Shown piece after piece: positions 12,895 through 23,273 of a DNA stretch of 64,000 bases. The first letter of the stretch is position 1; each line of letters opens with the position of its first letter. The notes under the pieces were generated by a model. That model did not search any database. It saw only the letters and a list, made by a program, of their open reading frames with translations, and had not been told where the DNA came from. The DNA is taken from assembly GCA_963832655.1 (NCBI GenBank), contig CAWHUW010000005.1:65014-129013 (forward strand). Direction: 5' to 3'. The stretch is from an uncultured Thermoleophilia bacterium. Its GTDB lineage: Bacteria; Actinomycetota; Thermoleophilia; UBA2241. Made by a program: the position numbers and the translations under genes.

Positions 12895-14499
12895 TCAGGC
12901 CGGCGGGATCTGCTGGAAGATCTGGTTGGGGTCGATGCCCTCCTTGCGGTTCTGGCTGTACATGTAGGCGACGAGGATGAAGCCGATGGTGATCACCGCG
13001 GCCATGCCGATCTGCGCGTAGGCCGTGGCGAGCTCGAGGCCCACGTACAGGATCATGTACCAGCCGATGGCGTGCACGATCGCGCCGATGATCGCCATCG
13101 CCGGTACGCCGAACCACCGCGACTGGAAGGTGGTCTTCTCGAAGAGCTCCGGCCGCGTGAACGGCAGGAACAGGCCGGCGAGACCGACGGTCCAGATGAA
13201 GAACATGCCGGTGAAGTCGAGGATCGCGAGCATGACACCGGCGGCGGTGCCGCCGAGTGCGTCGCCCAGGCCGATGAAGCAGCCGATGATGCTGATGACG
13301 CCGATGAAGTGCGTCGCCGTAGTCGGCACACCCCGCTTGCTCACGCTGCACAGGCTGAGCGGAAGCTGGCGGTCGAACGACATCGCGAAGATGCCGCGCA
13401 CGCCGCCCATCCAGATGATGACCGACGTGTTCAGGAACCAGCACATGAAGCCGACGCCGAGGACGACCGCGAGCCAGGACGAGCCGCCGCAGATCGCCGC
13501 GTAGAACGGGATCGACGGGATCGGCGGCGTGACGCCTCCCATGGCCGTCTGCAGCGCCGCGAACGACTCCTCACTCGTGTTGTACAGGTAGCTGTAGTCG
13601 CGGACGAAGTCCGAGCCGAAGCTCACGCCGGGCAGCCACGCGTTGAGCATGTACATCACCGTGACGGCGAAGAACCCGATGCCCATGCCGCGCATGAAGC
13701 TCGTGCGAGGCGTCTTCACCTCACTGCCCACGAACGAGATCGACTCGAGCGCCGTGTAGGCCCAGAAGACGGCCATGAGCATGCCGCTGATGCCGTCCCA
13801 CGTGCTGAGGAGGGCATCCTGCACGCCCTGCGCATCGGCGGCGGCAATGATCGCGTCGTAGCTGCCGGCGCCGTACACCGAATCCCACTCCGCCACGCCG
13901 TCCTTGACGGCCATGAGGACGAGCGCCAACGCGGTCACGACCAGCGGCACGTACACGACGATGCGGATGAACCACTTGAGGCGGTCGATGCCCTGCAGCT
14001 CGAAGACCCAGATGATGAGCGTCGCCGCGAGGGCGAGGTAGAGCCGCGGGTAGTTGCCTGTCAGCCACTCCCCGGCGTCGGTCAGCGACTGGGAGCCGCC
14101 GATCTGCCCTGCCACCTGCAGGACCGAGGCCAGGATGTTGAACATGATGTAGTTCAGGAAGCCGACCGAGAAGCCCACGCTGACGATCCAGAGCCAGTTG
14201 GGCAGGAAGCCCAGCAGGGGATGCGTGGCGCGGGAGATGACGACGTACATCGCGCCGCTGCGCGGGAACGAGCTCGCGTAGACGGCGATGAGAAAGACGG
14301 GCAGGAACCACAAGAGGCCGCCGAGGAGGAACGCGAGGACCATGTTGCCGCCGGGGTAGAGACCCGGCTGCTTGACGGCGTAGTAGGTCATGCCCGAGGC
14401 GGCCGGTCCGGCGATGGTGATGAGCAGGACGTCGAACCAGCTCATCTCGCGGACAAGGCCTGACGCCTTTCGTGCAAAGACGACAGTCTCTTCTGCCAT
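12895..14499 (-). CDS. APC-superfamily amino-acid permease
   Basis: ATG 14499 (MAEETVVFARKASGLVREMSWFDVLL) follows AAAGGAGGCAGC. About 12 TM helices. The gene ends 19 nt before the racemase ORF. Confidence 0.85.
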   Translation of the reverse strand: MAEETVVFARKASGLVREMSWFDVLLITIAGPAASGMTYYAVKQPGLYPGGNMVLAFLLGGLLWFLPVFLIAVYASSFPRSGAMYVVISRATHPLLGFLPNWLWIVSVGFSVGFLNYIMFNILASVLQVAGQIGGSQSLTDAGEWLTGNYPRLYLALAATLIIWVFELQGIDRLKWFIRIVVYVPLVVTALALVLMAVKDGVAEWDSVYGAGSYDAIIAAADAQGVQDALLSTWDGISGMLMAVFWAYTALESISFVGSEVKTPRTSFMRGMGIGFFAVTVMYMLNAWLPGVSFGSDFVRDYSYLYNTSEESFAALQTAMGGVTPPIPSIPFYAAICGGSSWLAVVLGVGFMCWFLNTSVIIWMGGVRGIFAMSFDRQLPLSLCSVSKRGVPTTATHFIGVISIIGCFIGLGDALGGTAAGVMLAILDFTGMFFIWTVGLAGLFLPFTRPELFEKTTFQSRWFGVPAMAIIGAIVHAIGWYMILYVGLELATAYAQIGMAAVITIGFILVAYMYSQNRKEGIDPNQIFQQIPPA

Positions 14500-14820
14500 G
14501 CTGCCTCCTTTGATCCAGGTTCGTTTGACGTTGGGACGCGAGCCTCGACGTCCCTGGACTCCCACGACGGCAGCCGCGCGTGCGCGGCCTGGAGCTGTGA
14601 CCTCTGGCCGGCATCCCCCCTTTGACTGGATCTGGACCGTGCATCTGCGTCCGTGCACGTGTCAGTTGGGCTATGCATACAGCCAGGCGGGGGACGCGGT
14701 CAAGGACTTGCCCGGCGGCGCAGGTCCGGCCGGTCTTCGATACCATCTCACCACTGGCCACGACGAACGAGCGGCGCACGCCCGTCACGGCGGGCGCTGT
14801 CGCGATCGGGAGGGACGCGG

Positions 14821-15751
14821 ATGCGCATCGTGGTGCACGGGCAGCAGGCGTTCGGCAAGGCGGTGCTCGAGGCGCTGGTCGAGCGCGGCGAGGACGTGAT
14901 CGCCGTGTACGCCGCGCCAGACCAGCCGGGCGACAGGCCAGACCCGCTCAAGGCGGCGGCGCTCGCCGCCGGACTCCCCGTCATGCAGCCGGCTTCCTAC
15001 CGGGAGCCGGCGGTCCGGGACGAGTTCCGCAGCCCTCGCACCCGACCTGCAGGTCATGGCCTTCGTCACACTGGTCGTCCCCAAGGAGTTCCTCGACGTC
15101 CCGAGCGAGGGCACGATCCAGTACCACCCCTCGCTGCTGCCCCGGCACCGGGGGCGCAGTTCCATCAACTGGCCGATCATCCAGGGCGAGACCGAGACCG
15201 GGCTGTCGATCTTCTGGCCGGACGACGGGCTCGACACCGGCGACGTGCTGCTGCAGGAGACGACCCCGATCGGGCCCGATGACACACTCGGCTCGGTCTA
15301 CTTCGACAGGCTCTTCCCCATGGGCGTCGCGGCGCTGCTCGAGGCGGTCGACCTCGTCAAGGCCGGGAAGGCGCCTCGCATGAAGCAGGACGATGCTTTG
15401 GCGACCTACGAGGGCCCCTGCGAGCGCGACAACGCGCGCATCGACTGGGGCAAGCCGTGGCGCCAGATCCACGACCTTGTCCGCGGCTGCGACCCGGCGC
15501 CGGGGGCCTGGACCGCCTTCGGCGGCCAGGCCCTCCAGGTCTTCGGGACGCAGCCGCTCCCGGCGCGCGAGCTCAGCGGGCTCGGCGGCCGGCCGGGCGA
15601 GGTGGTCGCGGTCGACGAGGACTGCGTTGACGTCGCGTGCGCCGACGGCCGCGTCCGGATACAGCATGTGAGGCCGGCCGGCGGGGCGAAGATGCCGGCC
15701 GGCGAGTGGGCGGCGGCGAGCGGCGTCCGGATCGGCGCCGGGTTGCACTGA
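14821..15751 (+). CDS. formyltransferase (methionyl-tRNA formyltransferase-like, N- and C-terminal domains); one frameshift near 15030
   Basis: MRIVVHGQQAFGKAVLEAL..., then in another frame HPSLLPRHRGRSSINWPIIQGETETGLSIFW and the C-terminal RGCDPAPGAW domain. Confidence 0.8.
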
Positions 15752-15771
15752 CGACAGAGGGAGGCTGGGCG

Positions 15772-16495
15772 ATGACCACCGAGGTGAAGATCCTGGGCTG
15801 CGCGTGGAGCCCGCGGCACAGCAACACGGAGATCCAGGTGCAGGAGGCGCTGGCGGCTGCGGCCCAGATGCCTGGCGTGACCACCGAGTACTACAGCATC
15901 GCCGGCAAGAAGATGCTGCCCTGCCGCTCGACCTACAAGTGCCAGGACGATCCGGACCGCGACGTGCTGTGCCACTGCTACAAGCCGACGGCCGACGCCT
16001 TCCGCGAGGTCGCCGAGCTGGTCTTCGACGCCGACGGCATCATCTTCGGCTGCCCCGTGTACTGGATGTCGGTGACCTCGGAGCTGAAGGCCTTCATGGA
16101 CCGCTCGATGGCGGCCGAGATGCTGGGGCGACCGTGGCGCAACAAGGCGGCCGGCTTCCTGACCGTCGCCTGGGACCGCCAGGGCGGGCACGAGCACTGT
16201 ATCCAGACGATGGCCTCCTGGGCGCAGATGCACGACATGGTCGTCGTCGGGGTAGGGCCAGAGCGCCCCGACGAGAGCATCGGCGGCTACACCGGCGCCA
16301 TGGCGCTGTCGGGGTTCCCGCTCCCCGTAGGAGACGCCCGACGCCATCCTGCAGGACGAGATCGGCCTGCACGCGACGCGCTGCGTCGGCTGGCGCGTCG
16401 TGGAGATGGCGAAGGTCCTCAAGGCCGGCCTGGGCGCGCTGGACCAGGGTGAACTCAAGTGGCCGGCGTACGGACTTGAAGAGGGCGCGGCCTGA
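15772..16495 (+). CDS. iron-sulfur flavoprotein (Isf)-like / NADPH-dependent FMN reductase family; one frameshift near 16325
   Basis: ATG 15772 follows GAGGGAGG. Compact Cys cluster LPCRSTYKCQDDPDRDVLCHC. Flavodoxin-like IIFGCPVYWMSVTSELKAFMDR. The C-terminal DAILQDEIGLHATRCVGWRVVEMAKVL is in a shifted frame ending at TGA 16493-16495. Confidence 0.7.
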
Positions 16496-16640
16496 TCCGT
16501 CGGGCGGGCGCACGGGCGTGAGCCGGGCGGATGGAGCAGACCCGGCGCGACCGCGAGGGCCGGCGCGACCGTCGCCTCGGCTCCCTCAGCGCCGGCGGGA
16601 TACACTTTCCCACCGACCGATGTGACGGCGAGGAGGACAG

Positions 16641-18240
16641 GTGACGGCGGACGCGGCAGACAAGCGCGACTGGACCCCGAGAGTGAGCTCGGCCATGCTC
16701 GCGCGCCTCACGGCGCGCGCGGCCGTGGCTGAGCCCTGCGACGCGGCTCCAGTGGAGGCGCCGTTCACCGGCGAGACGCTCGGCGAGGTGCGGCTCGGAC
16801 GCGCCGCCGACGTCGAGCCGCGCCGTCGCGACCGCTCGCGCGTCGCAGGCGGCCTGGGCCCGACGGCCCGTCGACGAGCGCAGCGCGATCCTCCTGCGCT
16901 TCCACGACCTTCTCATCGAGCGCGCTCACGAGGCCCTCGACGTCGTCCAGCTCGAGACGGGCAAGGCGCGCCGCGACGCGCTCGAGGAGGTCCTCGACGT
17001 CGCCATCCAGGTGCGGTACTACGCGCACACGGCGGCGGCGTACCTGCGCCCCCGCCGCCGCAAAGGCACCCTGCCGGTCGCGACCCGAGCCTGGGAGCTC
17101 CATCATCCGCGCGGCGTCGTCGGCATCATCACCCCGTGGAACTACCCGCTCACCCTGACCGCCGGCGACGCCATCCCGGCGCTGCTCGCCGGCAACGGCG
17201 TCGTCCTCAAGCCCGACGTGCAGACGCCGTTCAGCAGCCTTTGGGCTGCCGACCTTCTCGCCGAGGCGGGCCTGCCGGACGGCCTCCTCCAGGTCGTCAC
17301 CGGGCGCGGGGCGCCGCTCGGCGTGCCGATCATCGAGGCCGTCGACTACCTGCTGTTCACCGGCTCGACGGCCGCCGGCCGCATCGTGGCGACGGAGGCC
17401 GCCGAGCGGCTCACGCCCTGCGGGCTCGAGCTCGGCGGCAAGAACCCGCTGCTCGTGCTGGCGGACGCCGACCTCGGCAAGGCCGTGCGCGGCGCGGCGC
17501 GTGCCGTCAGCTCGAACACCGGCCAGTCCTGCATCAGTGTCGAGCGGCTGTACGTCCACGCCGACGTCTACGACGCCTTCGTGCCGGCCCTCGCCGAGGC
17601 GCTGCGTGAGGTCCGCCTCGGCGCTGAGCTCGACTTCGCCCCCGACATGGGCTCGCTCAAGAGCGCGAAGCAGCTCGCCGCTGTCTCAGCCCATGTCGAC
17701 GACGCCGTGGCGAAGGGGGCCGAGGTGCTGGCGGGCGGTCGCGCCCGCCCGGACCTCGGCCCGTACTTCTACGAACCGACCCTGCTCGCCGGCGTCACCG
17801 AGGAGATGGCGCTGTGCCGCGACGAGACCTTCGGTCCTGTCGCGGCCGTCTACCGCTGCGCCTCGGTCGACGAGATGGTCCAACGCGCCAACGACAGCGC
17901 CTTCGGCCTCAACGCCAGCATCTGGACACGCGACGTCGCCGCCGGCCGCGCGATCGCCGCTCGCCTCCAGGTCGGCGGCGTCAACATCAACGAGGGCTAC
18001 GCCGCGACATGGTCGTCGGCGAGCCCGATGGGCGGCGTCAAGGACTCCGGCTCCGGCCGCCGCCACGGCGCCCCGGGCATCCTGCAGTACACCCAGACGC
18101 AGACGGTGGCGGCGCAGCGGCTCATCCCGGTCGGCACGCCGCCGTTCCTGCGCCACGACCAGTACGCGCGAGCGATGCTGCTGGGGCTGCGGGCGCTGCG
18201 CCGCGTGCCCTGGTTCGACCGGCTCGGGCGGGGGAGCTGA
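16641..18240 (+). CDS. NAD(P)-dependent aldehyde dehydrogenase (succinate-semialdehyde dehydrogenase-like); one frameshift near 16815
   Basis: ITPWNYPL, ELGGKNPLLV, catalytic Cys in NTGQSCISVERLYV, EPTLLAGV and ETFGPV. The N-terminal 58 codons are in a different frame. Confidence 0.9.
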
Positions 18241-18297
18241 GCCAGGCCCGAGGCGAGGACGCCGCCTCTCCACGTCGAGGCGCGGCCTCGGTCCCCG

Positions 18298-19551
18298 CTA
18301 CTTGACGCTGAAGGAGACCCACCTCGACTGCGCCGCGGTGTGCCAGGCCGTCTCGGCGACCATGGTCCTGGCGCGGTACGTGCCGCGGCGGCCTGGCGTG
18401 TAGCGCCAGGAGCAGGAGGCGCCGAAGTCCGTCGTCTCGCGCTGTACCGCGCTGACCAGCCGCCATGAGCCCGCCGAGCGGCGCTGCACGACAAGCGTCA
18501 CCTTGCTGCCATCTAGTGGAGGCCAGAGCCCCCCGGTCGCCCGAACAGAGCGACCAAGCGCGAAAGTCGTCCGGCTCACCTTCAGCGTGACGCTCGCCGT
18601 GATCGGGACGAGGACGGTGAAGCTGGTGACGCTCGTGCCGGCGCCGTCTGGGCCGGTCACGGTGACCGGCCCGCTCGCGGCGCCGGTCGGGACCGCGGCC
18701 GTGATCTCCGCGTCCGAGATGACGGCGAACGACGCCGCGACGCCGCCGAAGGTGACCGAGGTGGCGCCGGCGAAGCCGGCGCCGGTCACGCTCACGACCG
18801 TCCCGGGGAAGCCCCTGAGGGGCAGGAAGGCCGCGACACTCGGCGCCGGGGTGACGGGCTCCCACCGGACGACGAAGTCCGTGGCGCTCGTCGCCGCTCC
18901 GCCGACCGTGGTGACCGCGATCGGGCCTGTCGTCGCACCCGCCGGCACCCATACCGTGATCTCCGCCGCTGAGTCCGCGGTGAACCGCGACGCCGCGACA
19001 CCGCGGAACGTGACGGACAGGACGCGGACGAAGCCGGCGCCGTTCACCGTCACCGTGGCGCCCGGCGCGCCGGAGGCCGGAGAGAAGCCCGCCACGGACA
19101 CGGCCGGCGGCACGAAGGTGTGATGCGGACTGCCGCCGGCGTGCGTGGCGGACGGGCTCACGGGATGGCACGACGTGCAGGTCGCCGGCCTGTCGGAGTG
19201 CGCAGCGTGCGTGACTGTCGTCCCATCGGCCAGGTGGCAGGTTGCGATGCATGCGCCGTCGCTGCGCGCCCCGCTCATGTCCTGTCCCGGCGTGTGGCAG
19301 GTCCAGCACGTGAGCGACGCGTCGGCGACGTCGTAGTCGCCGTGACAGGTGAGGCACTTCGAGTTCGTCGGCGGCCAGTTGGTGTGGTCGTCCTGGTGGC
19401 ACCATCCGCATGCGTCGGCATCGCCCACGATGTCGCCGTGCACGTACGAGTCGTACGCGCCGGCGGGGGGCGCAGCGACGCCGCCGGCGCCGACGAGGAG
19501 CAGAACGGCCACGGCCGCGACGCCCAGCAGTCTGAGCCGGGACAGCCTCAT
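18298..19551 (-). CDS. secreted multihaem cytochrome c (4 CxxCH + 1 Cx3CH) fused to two IPT/TIG domains and a C-terminal beta-sandwich domain
   Basis: ATG 19549-19551 overlaps the livF stop (ATGA). Signal peptide MRLSRLRLLGVAAVAVLLLVGAGG. Haem motifs CGWCH, CLTCH, CWTCH, CIATCH and CTSCH. Two tandem repeats of the type GFSPASGAPGATVTVNGAGF...VTFRGVAA / GFPGTVVSVTGAGF...VTFGGVAA. Confidence 0.75.
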   Translation of the reverse strand: MRLSRLRLLGVAAVAVLLLVGAGGVAAPPAGAYDSYVHGDIVGDADACGWCHQDDHTNWPPTNSKCLTCHGDYDVADASLTCWTCHTPGQDMSGARSDGACIATCHLADGTTVTHAAHSDRPATCTSCHPVSPSATHAGGSPHHTFVPPAVSVAGFSPASGAPGATVTVNGAGFVRVLSVTFRGVAASRFTADSAAEITVWVPAGATTGPIAVTTVGGAATSATDFVVRWEPVTPAPSVAAFLPLRGFPGTVVSVTGAGFAGATSVTFGGVAASFAVISDAEITAAVPTGAASGPVTVTGPDGAGTSVTSFTVLVPITASVTLKVSRTTFALGRSVRATGGLWPPLDGSKVTLVVQRRSAGSWRLVSAVQRETTDFGASCSWRYTPGRRGTYRARTMVAETAWHTAAQSRWVSFSVK

Positions 19552-20301
19552 TCCCCGCCCAGGTACGCGGCCCGCACGTGCGGGTCCGTGAGCAGGGCGG
19601 CGGCTTCGTCCGAGAGCGTCACCCTGCCGGTCTCGAGGACGTAGCCGCGGTCCGAGACCTCGAGCGCCGCGTTGGCGTTCTGCTCCACGAGGAGGATGGT
19701 CGTCCCCTGGGCGTTGATCTCGCGGATGATGTCGAAGATCCTCTCGACGAGCATGGGGGCGAGCCCCATGGACGGCTCGTCCAGCATGAGCAGCTTGGGG
19801 CCGGCCATGAGCGCTCGCCCCATCGCGAGCATCTGTTGCTCGCCGCCCGAAAGGGTGCCGCCGGGCTGCGACTCGCGCTCCTTGAGCACCGGGAAGAGGT
19901 CGAACACGCGGGTGAAGTCGGCGGAGAGGTCTTGGCGCGTGCGCGCGAAGGCGCCCATCTCGAGGTTCTCCTTGACCGTCATGCGCGGGAAGATCTTGCG
20001 CCCCTCGGGCGCCTGCGACAGGCCCAGGGTGACGATCTCGTACGCCGGCACGCCCGTGATGTCCTTGCCGGCGTACGCGATCCGCCCCGAGCGCGGGCGC
20101 TGCAGGCCCGAGATGGCGGCGAGCGTCGTGCTCTTGCCGGCGCCGTTGGCGCCGATCAGCGTGACGACCTCGCCGGCGCGGATCTGCAGAGAGACGCCCT
20201 TGAGCGCCTCGATGTTGCCGTAGAAGACGTGGATGTCCTCGACGTCGAGGAGGACCTCGCCGGCCGCGCGCCTGCGGCGGCGCCGCGTCCTGCGCCAGCA
20301 T
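19548..20301 (-). CDS. livF: branched-chain amino acid ABC transporter ATP-binding protein LivF; one frameshift near 20255
   Basis: ATG 20301 follows GGAGGAGG. TLIGANGAGKST, LSGGEQQMLAMGRAL and LLMLDEPSMGLAP. Length 754 nt is not a multiple of 3. Confidence 0.85.
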
Positions 20302-20315
20302 GACCTCCTCCGCCG

Positions 20316-21107
20316 TCACGCGCTCTTCCCCAGGTACGCCTCGATGACCCGCGGGTCGCGACGCACTTCGTCCGGCGACCCTTCGGCGATCTTCTCGCCG
20401 TGGTCGAGCACCACGATGCGGTCGGAGATGCCCATGACCACCTTCATGTCGTGCTCGATGAGAATGATCGTCATGCCCTCGTCGCGGATGCGCCGGATCA
20501 GTCCCATGAGGGCGGCGGTCTCCTGCGGGTTCATGCCCGCCGCCGGCTCGTCGAGGAAGAGCAGCGTCGGTTCGGTGGCCAGGGCGCGGGCGATCTCGAG
20601 CCGCCGCTGCGAGCCGTAGGGCAGGTTCTTGGCGAGCTCGCCGGCGTGCCCGCCGAGGCCCACGTACTCGAGCAGCTCGAGCGACTTGTCGTGCGCGTCC
20701 TGCTCTTCACGCTTGGCGCGCGGCGTGCGCAGCACGACGCTCAGCACGCCGCTGCTCGTGCGGCAGTGCCGCGCCACCATCACGTTCTCGAGCGCCGTCA
20801 TCTCGTTGAAGAGGCGGATGCTCTGGAAGGTGCGCGCGACACCGAGCTTCGTCACCTTCGACGGCAGCATCCCGGCGATGTCGTGACCGAGAAAGCGGAT
20901 CGCCCCGGAGGTCGGCGGATACACGCCGGTGATGGCGTTGAACAGCGTCGTCTTGCCGGCGCCGTTGGGCCCGATCAGCCCGACGATCTCGTTCTCGTCG
21001 GCGTGGAAGTCGACTTTGTTCACGGCGAGCAGACCGCCGAAGGCCTTGACGGCCTGGACGGTCTCGACGATGCGGCGCCGCTCGGCGGTCGCGTCAGCCA
21101 CGGGCAT
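20316..21107 (-). CDS. livG: branched-chain amino acid ABC transporter ATP-binding protein LivG
   Basis: MPVADATAERRRIVETVQAVKAFGG, GLIGPNGAGKTT, LPYGSQRRLEIARAL and LLFLDEPAAGMNP. Confidence 0.9.
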   Translation of the reverse strand: MPVADATAERRRIVETVQAVKAFGGLLAVNKVDFHADENEIVGLIGPNGAGKTTLFNAITGVYPPTSGAIRFLGHDIAGMLPSKVTKLGVARTFQSIRLFNEMTALENVMVARHCRTSSGVLSVVLRTPRAKREEQDAHDKSLELLEYVGLGGHAGELAKNLPYGSQRRLEIARALATEPTLLFLDEPAAGMNPQETAALMGLIRRIRDEGMTIILIEHDMKVVMGISDRIVVLDHGEKIAEGSPDEVRRDPRVIEAYLGKSA

Positions 21108-22239
21108 CGGACCACTCCTCACGCTCGTGCTCGCCCTCGCTCCGGCTTCCCGGCCGCATCTCGAGCGCCACGCGCACAGAGCCCAGGAGCCCTTGCGGGC
21201 GGAAGACCATGAGCAACACCAGCACGAGCCCCATGGCGATGCCGCGCGTCTCGGGGTGCGTCTGCACGAAAGAGAAGTCGCGCAGCCACTCCTGCAGCGA
21301 GACCCAGATGATGGCACCCAGTACCGGGCCCCAGATGTTGCCCATGCCGCCGAGCACGACCAGGCTCAGGATGAGGAACGACTCCATGAGCATGAAGCTG
21401 CTCGGCGAGATGAAGTTGATGTAGTGGCCGAAGAAGACGCCCATGACGCCGGCGAAGAAGGCGCCCGACGCGTACGAGAGCAGCTTGTAGCGCGAGGTGT
21501 GGATGCCCATCGCCTCGGCGGCGACCTCGTCCTCGCGGATCGCGGTCCAGGCCCGCCCGATGCGCGAGCGCACGATGCGCGAGATCGCCCATAACGAGAC
21601 GACGGCGATCGCCAGCGCCACGAAGTAGAGGCTGATCTGCTCCTGGAACTTGAAGCCGAAGAGCTCCGGTTTGGGGATGCCGGGAATGCCGGAGGGGCCA
21701 CGCGTGAGGCCGACCCAGTTGCTCGCCACGATGCGGATGATCTCACCGAAGGCCAGGGTCATGATCGCCAGGTAGTCTCCGCGCACGCGCAGCGTCGGGT
21801 AGCCGATGAGCACGCCGGCCAACGACGCCAACAGGCCGCCGACCAGCAGGTTGACCCACATCAGCCACCAGTAGTCGTCGACGTCGACCCCGTACTTCGT
21901 CTTCAGGACCTGGTAGAAGATGATCGCCGTGTAGTAGGCGCCGATCGCGTAGAAGGCCACGTAGCCGAGGTCGAGAAGACCCGTGAAGCCGACGACGATA
22001 TTGAGGCCGGAGGCGAGCACGACGTAGACCACGACCACCGTGAGCAGGGTGATCCAGCGGTTGGAGCCGAGCAGGAACGGCAGGACGACGGCGACGGCGA
22101 GCAGCACGCCGAGCACGATCGTCTGCGTGCGCGACGAGCCGTCGCCGACGAACGCGGACGCGATGGGGTTCAGCTTCGTCTTCCAGCGGCCGTCGCCGCC
22201 CTGACCGCCTCCCGCCTTCTGAGGCGCCGGGGTCGCCAT
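21094..22239 (-). CDS. livM: branched-chain amino acid ABC transporter permease LivM
   Basis: ATG 22239 lies 1 nt after the livH stop. GLNIVVGFTGLLDLGYVAFYAIGAY and REDEVAAEAMGI. Confidence 0.9.
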   Translation of the reverse strand: MATPAPQKAGGGQGGDGRWKTKLNPIASAFVGDGSSRTQTIVLGVLLAVAVVLPFLLGSNRWITLLTVVVVYVVLASGLNIVVGFTGLLDLGYVAFYAIGAYYTAIIFYQVLKTKYGVDVDDYWWLMWVNLLVGGLLASLAGVLIGYPTLRVRGDYLAIMTLAFGEIIRIVASNWVGLTRGPSGIPGIPKPELFGFKFQEQISLYFVALAIAVVSLWAISRIVRSRIGRAWTAIREDEVAAEAMGIHTSRYKLLSYASGAFFAGVMGVFFGHYINFISPSSFMLMESFLILSLVVLGGMGNIWGPVLGAIIWVSLQEWLRDFSFVQTHPETRGIAMGLVLVLLMVFRPQGLLGSVRVALEMRPGSRSEGEHEREEWSDARG

Positions 22240-22240
22240 C

Positions 22241-23179
22241 TCAGGCCTTCTGCGAGATCGTCGAGCCGAGCAGGCCTGACGGCCTGAACGACAGGATGAG
22301 GATGAGGATGACGAAGGCGAACGCGTCGCGGTACTGCGAACCCATCGGCAGATAGGCCGAGCCGAGCGCCTCGATGACGCCGAGCAGCAGGCCGCCGAGG
22401 AAGGCGCCGGGGATGTTGCCGATGCCGCCGAGCACGGCGGCGATGAACGCCTTGAGGCCGGGGACGAACCCCATCGTCGGCCACGCGGCGTGGTAGACGC
22501 CGCCGTACAGGCCACCGGCCAGGGCGCCCAGCGCCGAGCCGATGAGGAAGGTCAGGGCGATGACCTTGTTCACGTTCACGCCCATGAGCGCGGCGGTGCG
22601 CTTGTCCTGGGCCGAGGCGCGCATCGCGCGCCCCATGCGTGTCCGTCCCACATACAGGTTCAGGAGAAGCATGACGACGACCGTCACGACGACGACGAAG
22701 ACCTGCAGGTAGGTGATCTGCACTCCGCCGACCTCGAACGCCTTCTGCGCGCCCTCAGCGTCGGTGAACAGCGGGATGTCCGGGAAGGCGACCTGCTGCG
22801 AACCGAAGATCGCCTGAGCGACGTTCTGCAGGAGGATCGAGACGCCGATCGCCGAGATGAGCGCCGCCAGGCGAGGAGCGTTGCGCAACGGGCGGTACGC
22901 GAGACGCTCGATGATCACGCCCATGAGGCCGACCGCGGCCATGGCGATCATGATGGCGAGAAAGAAGTTGAGCTCCGGCATGGCGATGGTGCTGCCGAAG
23001 ATCGTCATCTCCGGGACCATCATCATGATGGTGATGAAGGCGCCGAACATGAAGAGCTCGCCGAAGGCGAAGTTGATGAGCTCGATGATGCCGTAGACCA
23101 TCGTGTAGGCCACGGCGATGAGCGCGTAGAGGCAGCCGATCATGAGGCCGTTGACGAGTTGCTGGGCCAGTTCGCTCAT
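22241..23179 (-). CDS. livH: branched-chain amino acid ABC transporter permease LivH
   Basis: MSELAQQLVNGLMIGCLYALIAVAYTMVYGIIELINFAFGE; RAMRASAQDKRTAALMGVN. Confidence 0.9.
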   Translation of the reverse strand: MSELAQQLVNGLMIGCLYALIAVAYTMVYGIIELINFAFGELFMFGAFITIMMMVPEMTIFGSTIAMPELNFFLAIMIAMAAVGLMGVIIERLAYRPLRNAPRLAALISAIGVSILLQNVAQAIFGSQQVAFPDIPLFTDAEGAQKAFEVGGVQITYLQVFVVVVTVVVMLLLNLYVGRTRMGRAMRASAQDKRTAALMGVNVNKVIALTFLIGSALGALAGGLYGGVYHAAWPTMGFVPGLKAFIAAVLGGIGNIPGAFLGGLLLGVIEALGSAYLPMGSQYRDAFAFVILILILSFRPSGLLGSTISQKA

Positions 23180-23273
23180 GCGGTCCTTCGCTTGCCTCGC
23201 GTCGCTCGGGTGGTCGGTCGGGGAGGGGCGACGCCTGCTACGCCGCGCGCCCCTCCCCGCGTGATGCTCTAGC

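Noticed and set aside
14594-14604. 11-nt match (minus strand GAGGTCACAGC) to the core of the repeated promoter-like element, upstream of the APC permease gene
   Set aside because: It lacks the GTAGTTTCCC half and has GCGCGG where TAGTCT should be. A single 11-mer match in 128 kb of two-strand GC-rich sequence is within chance. At most it is a degenerate relic.
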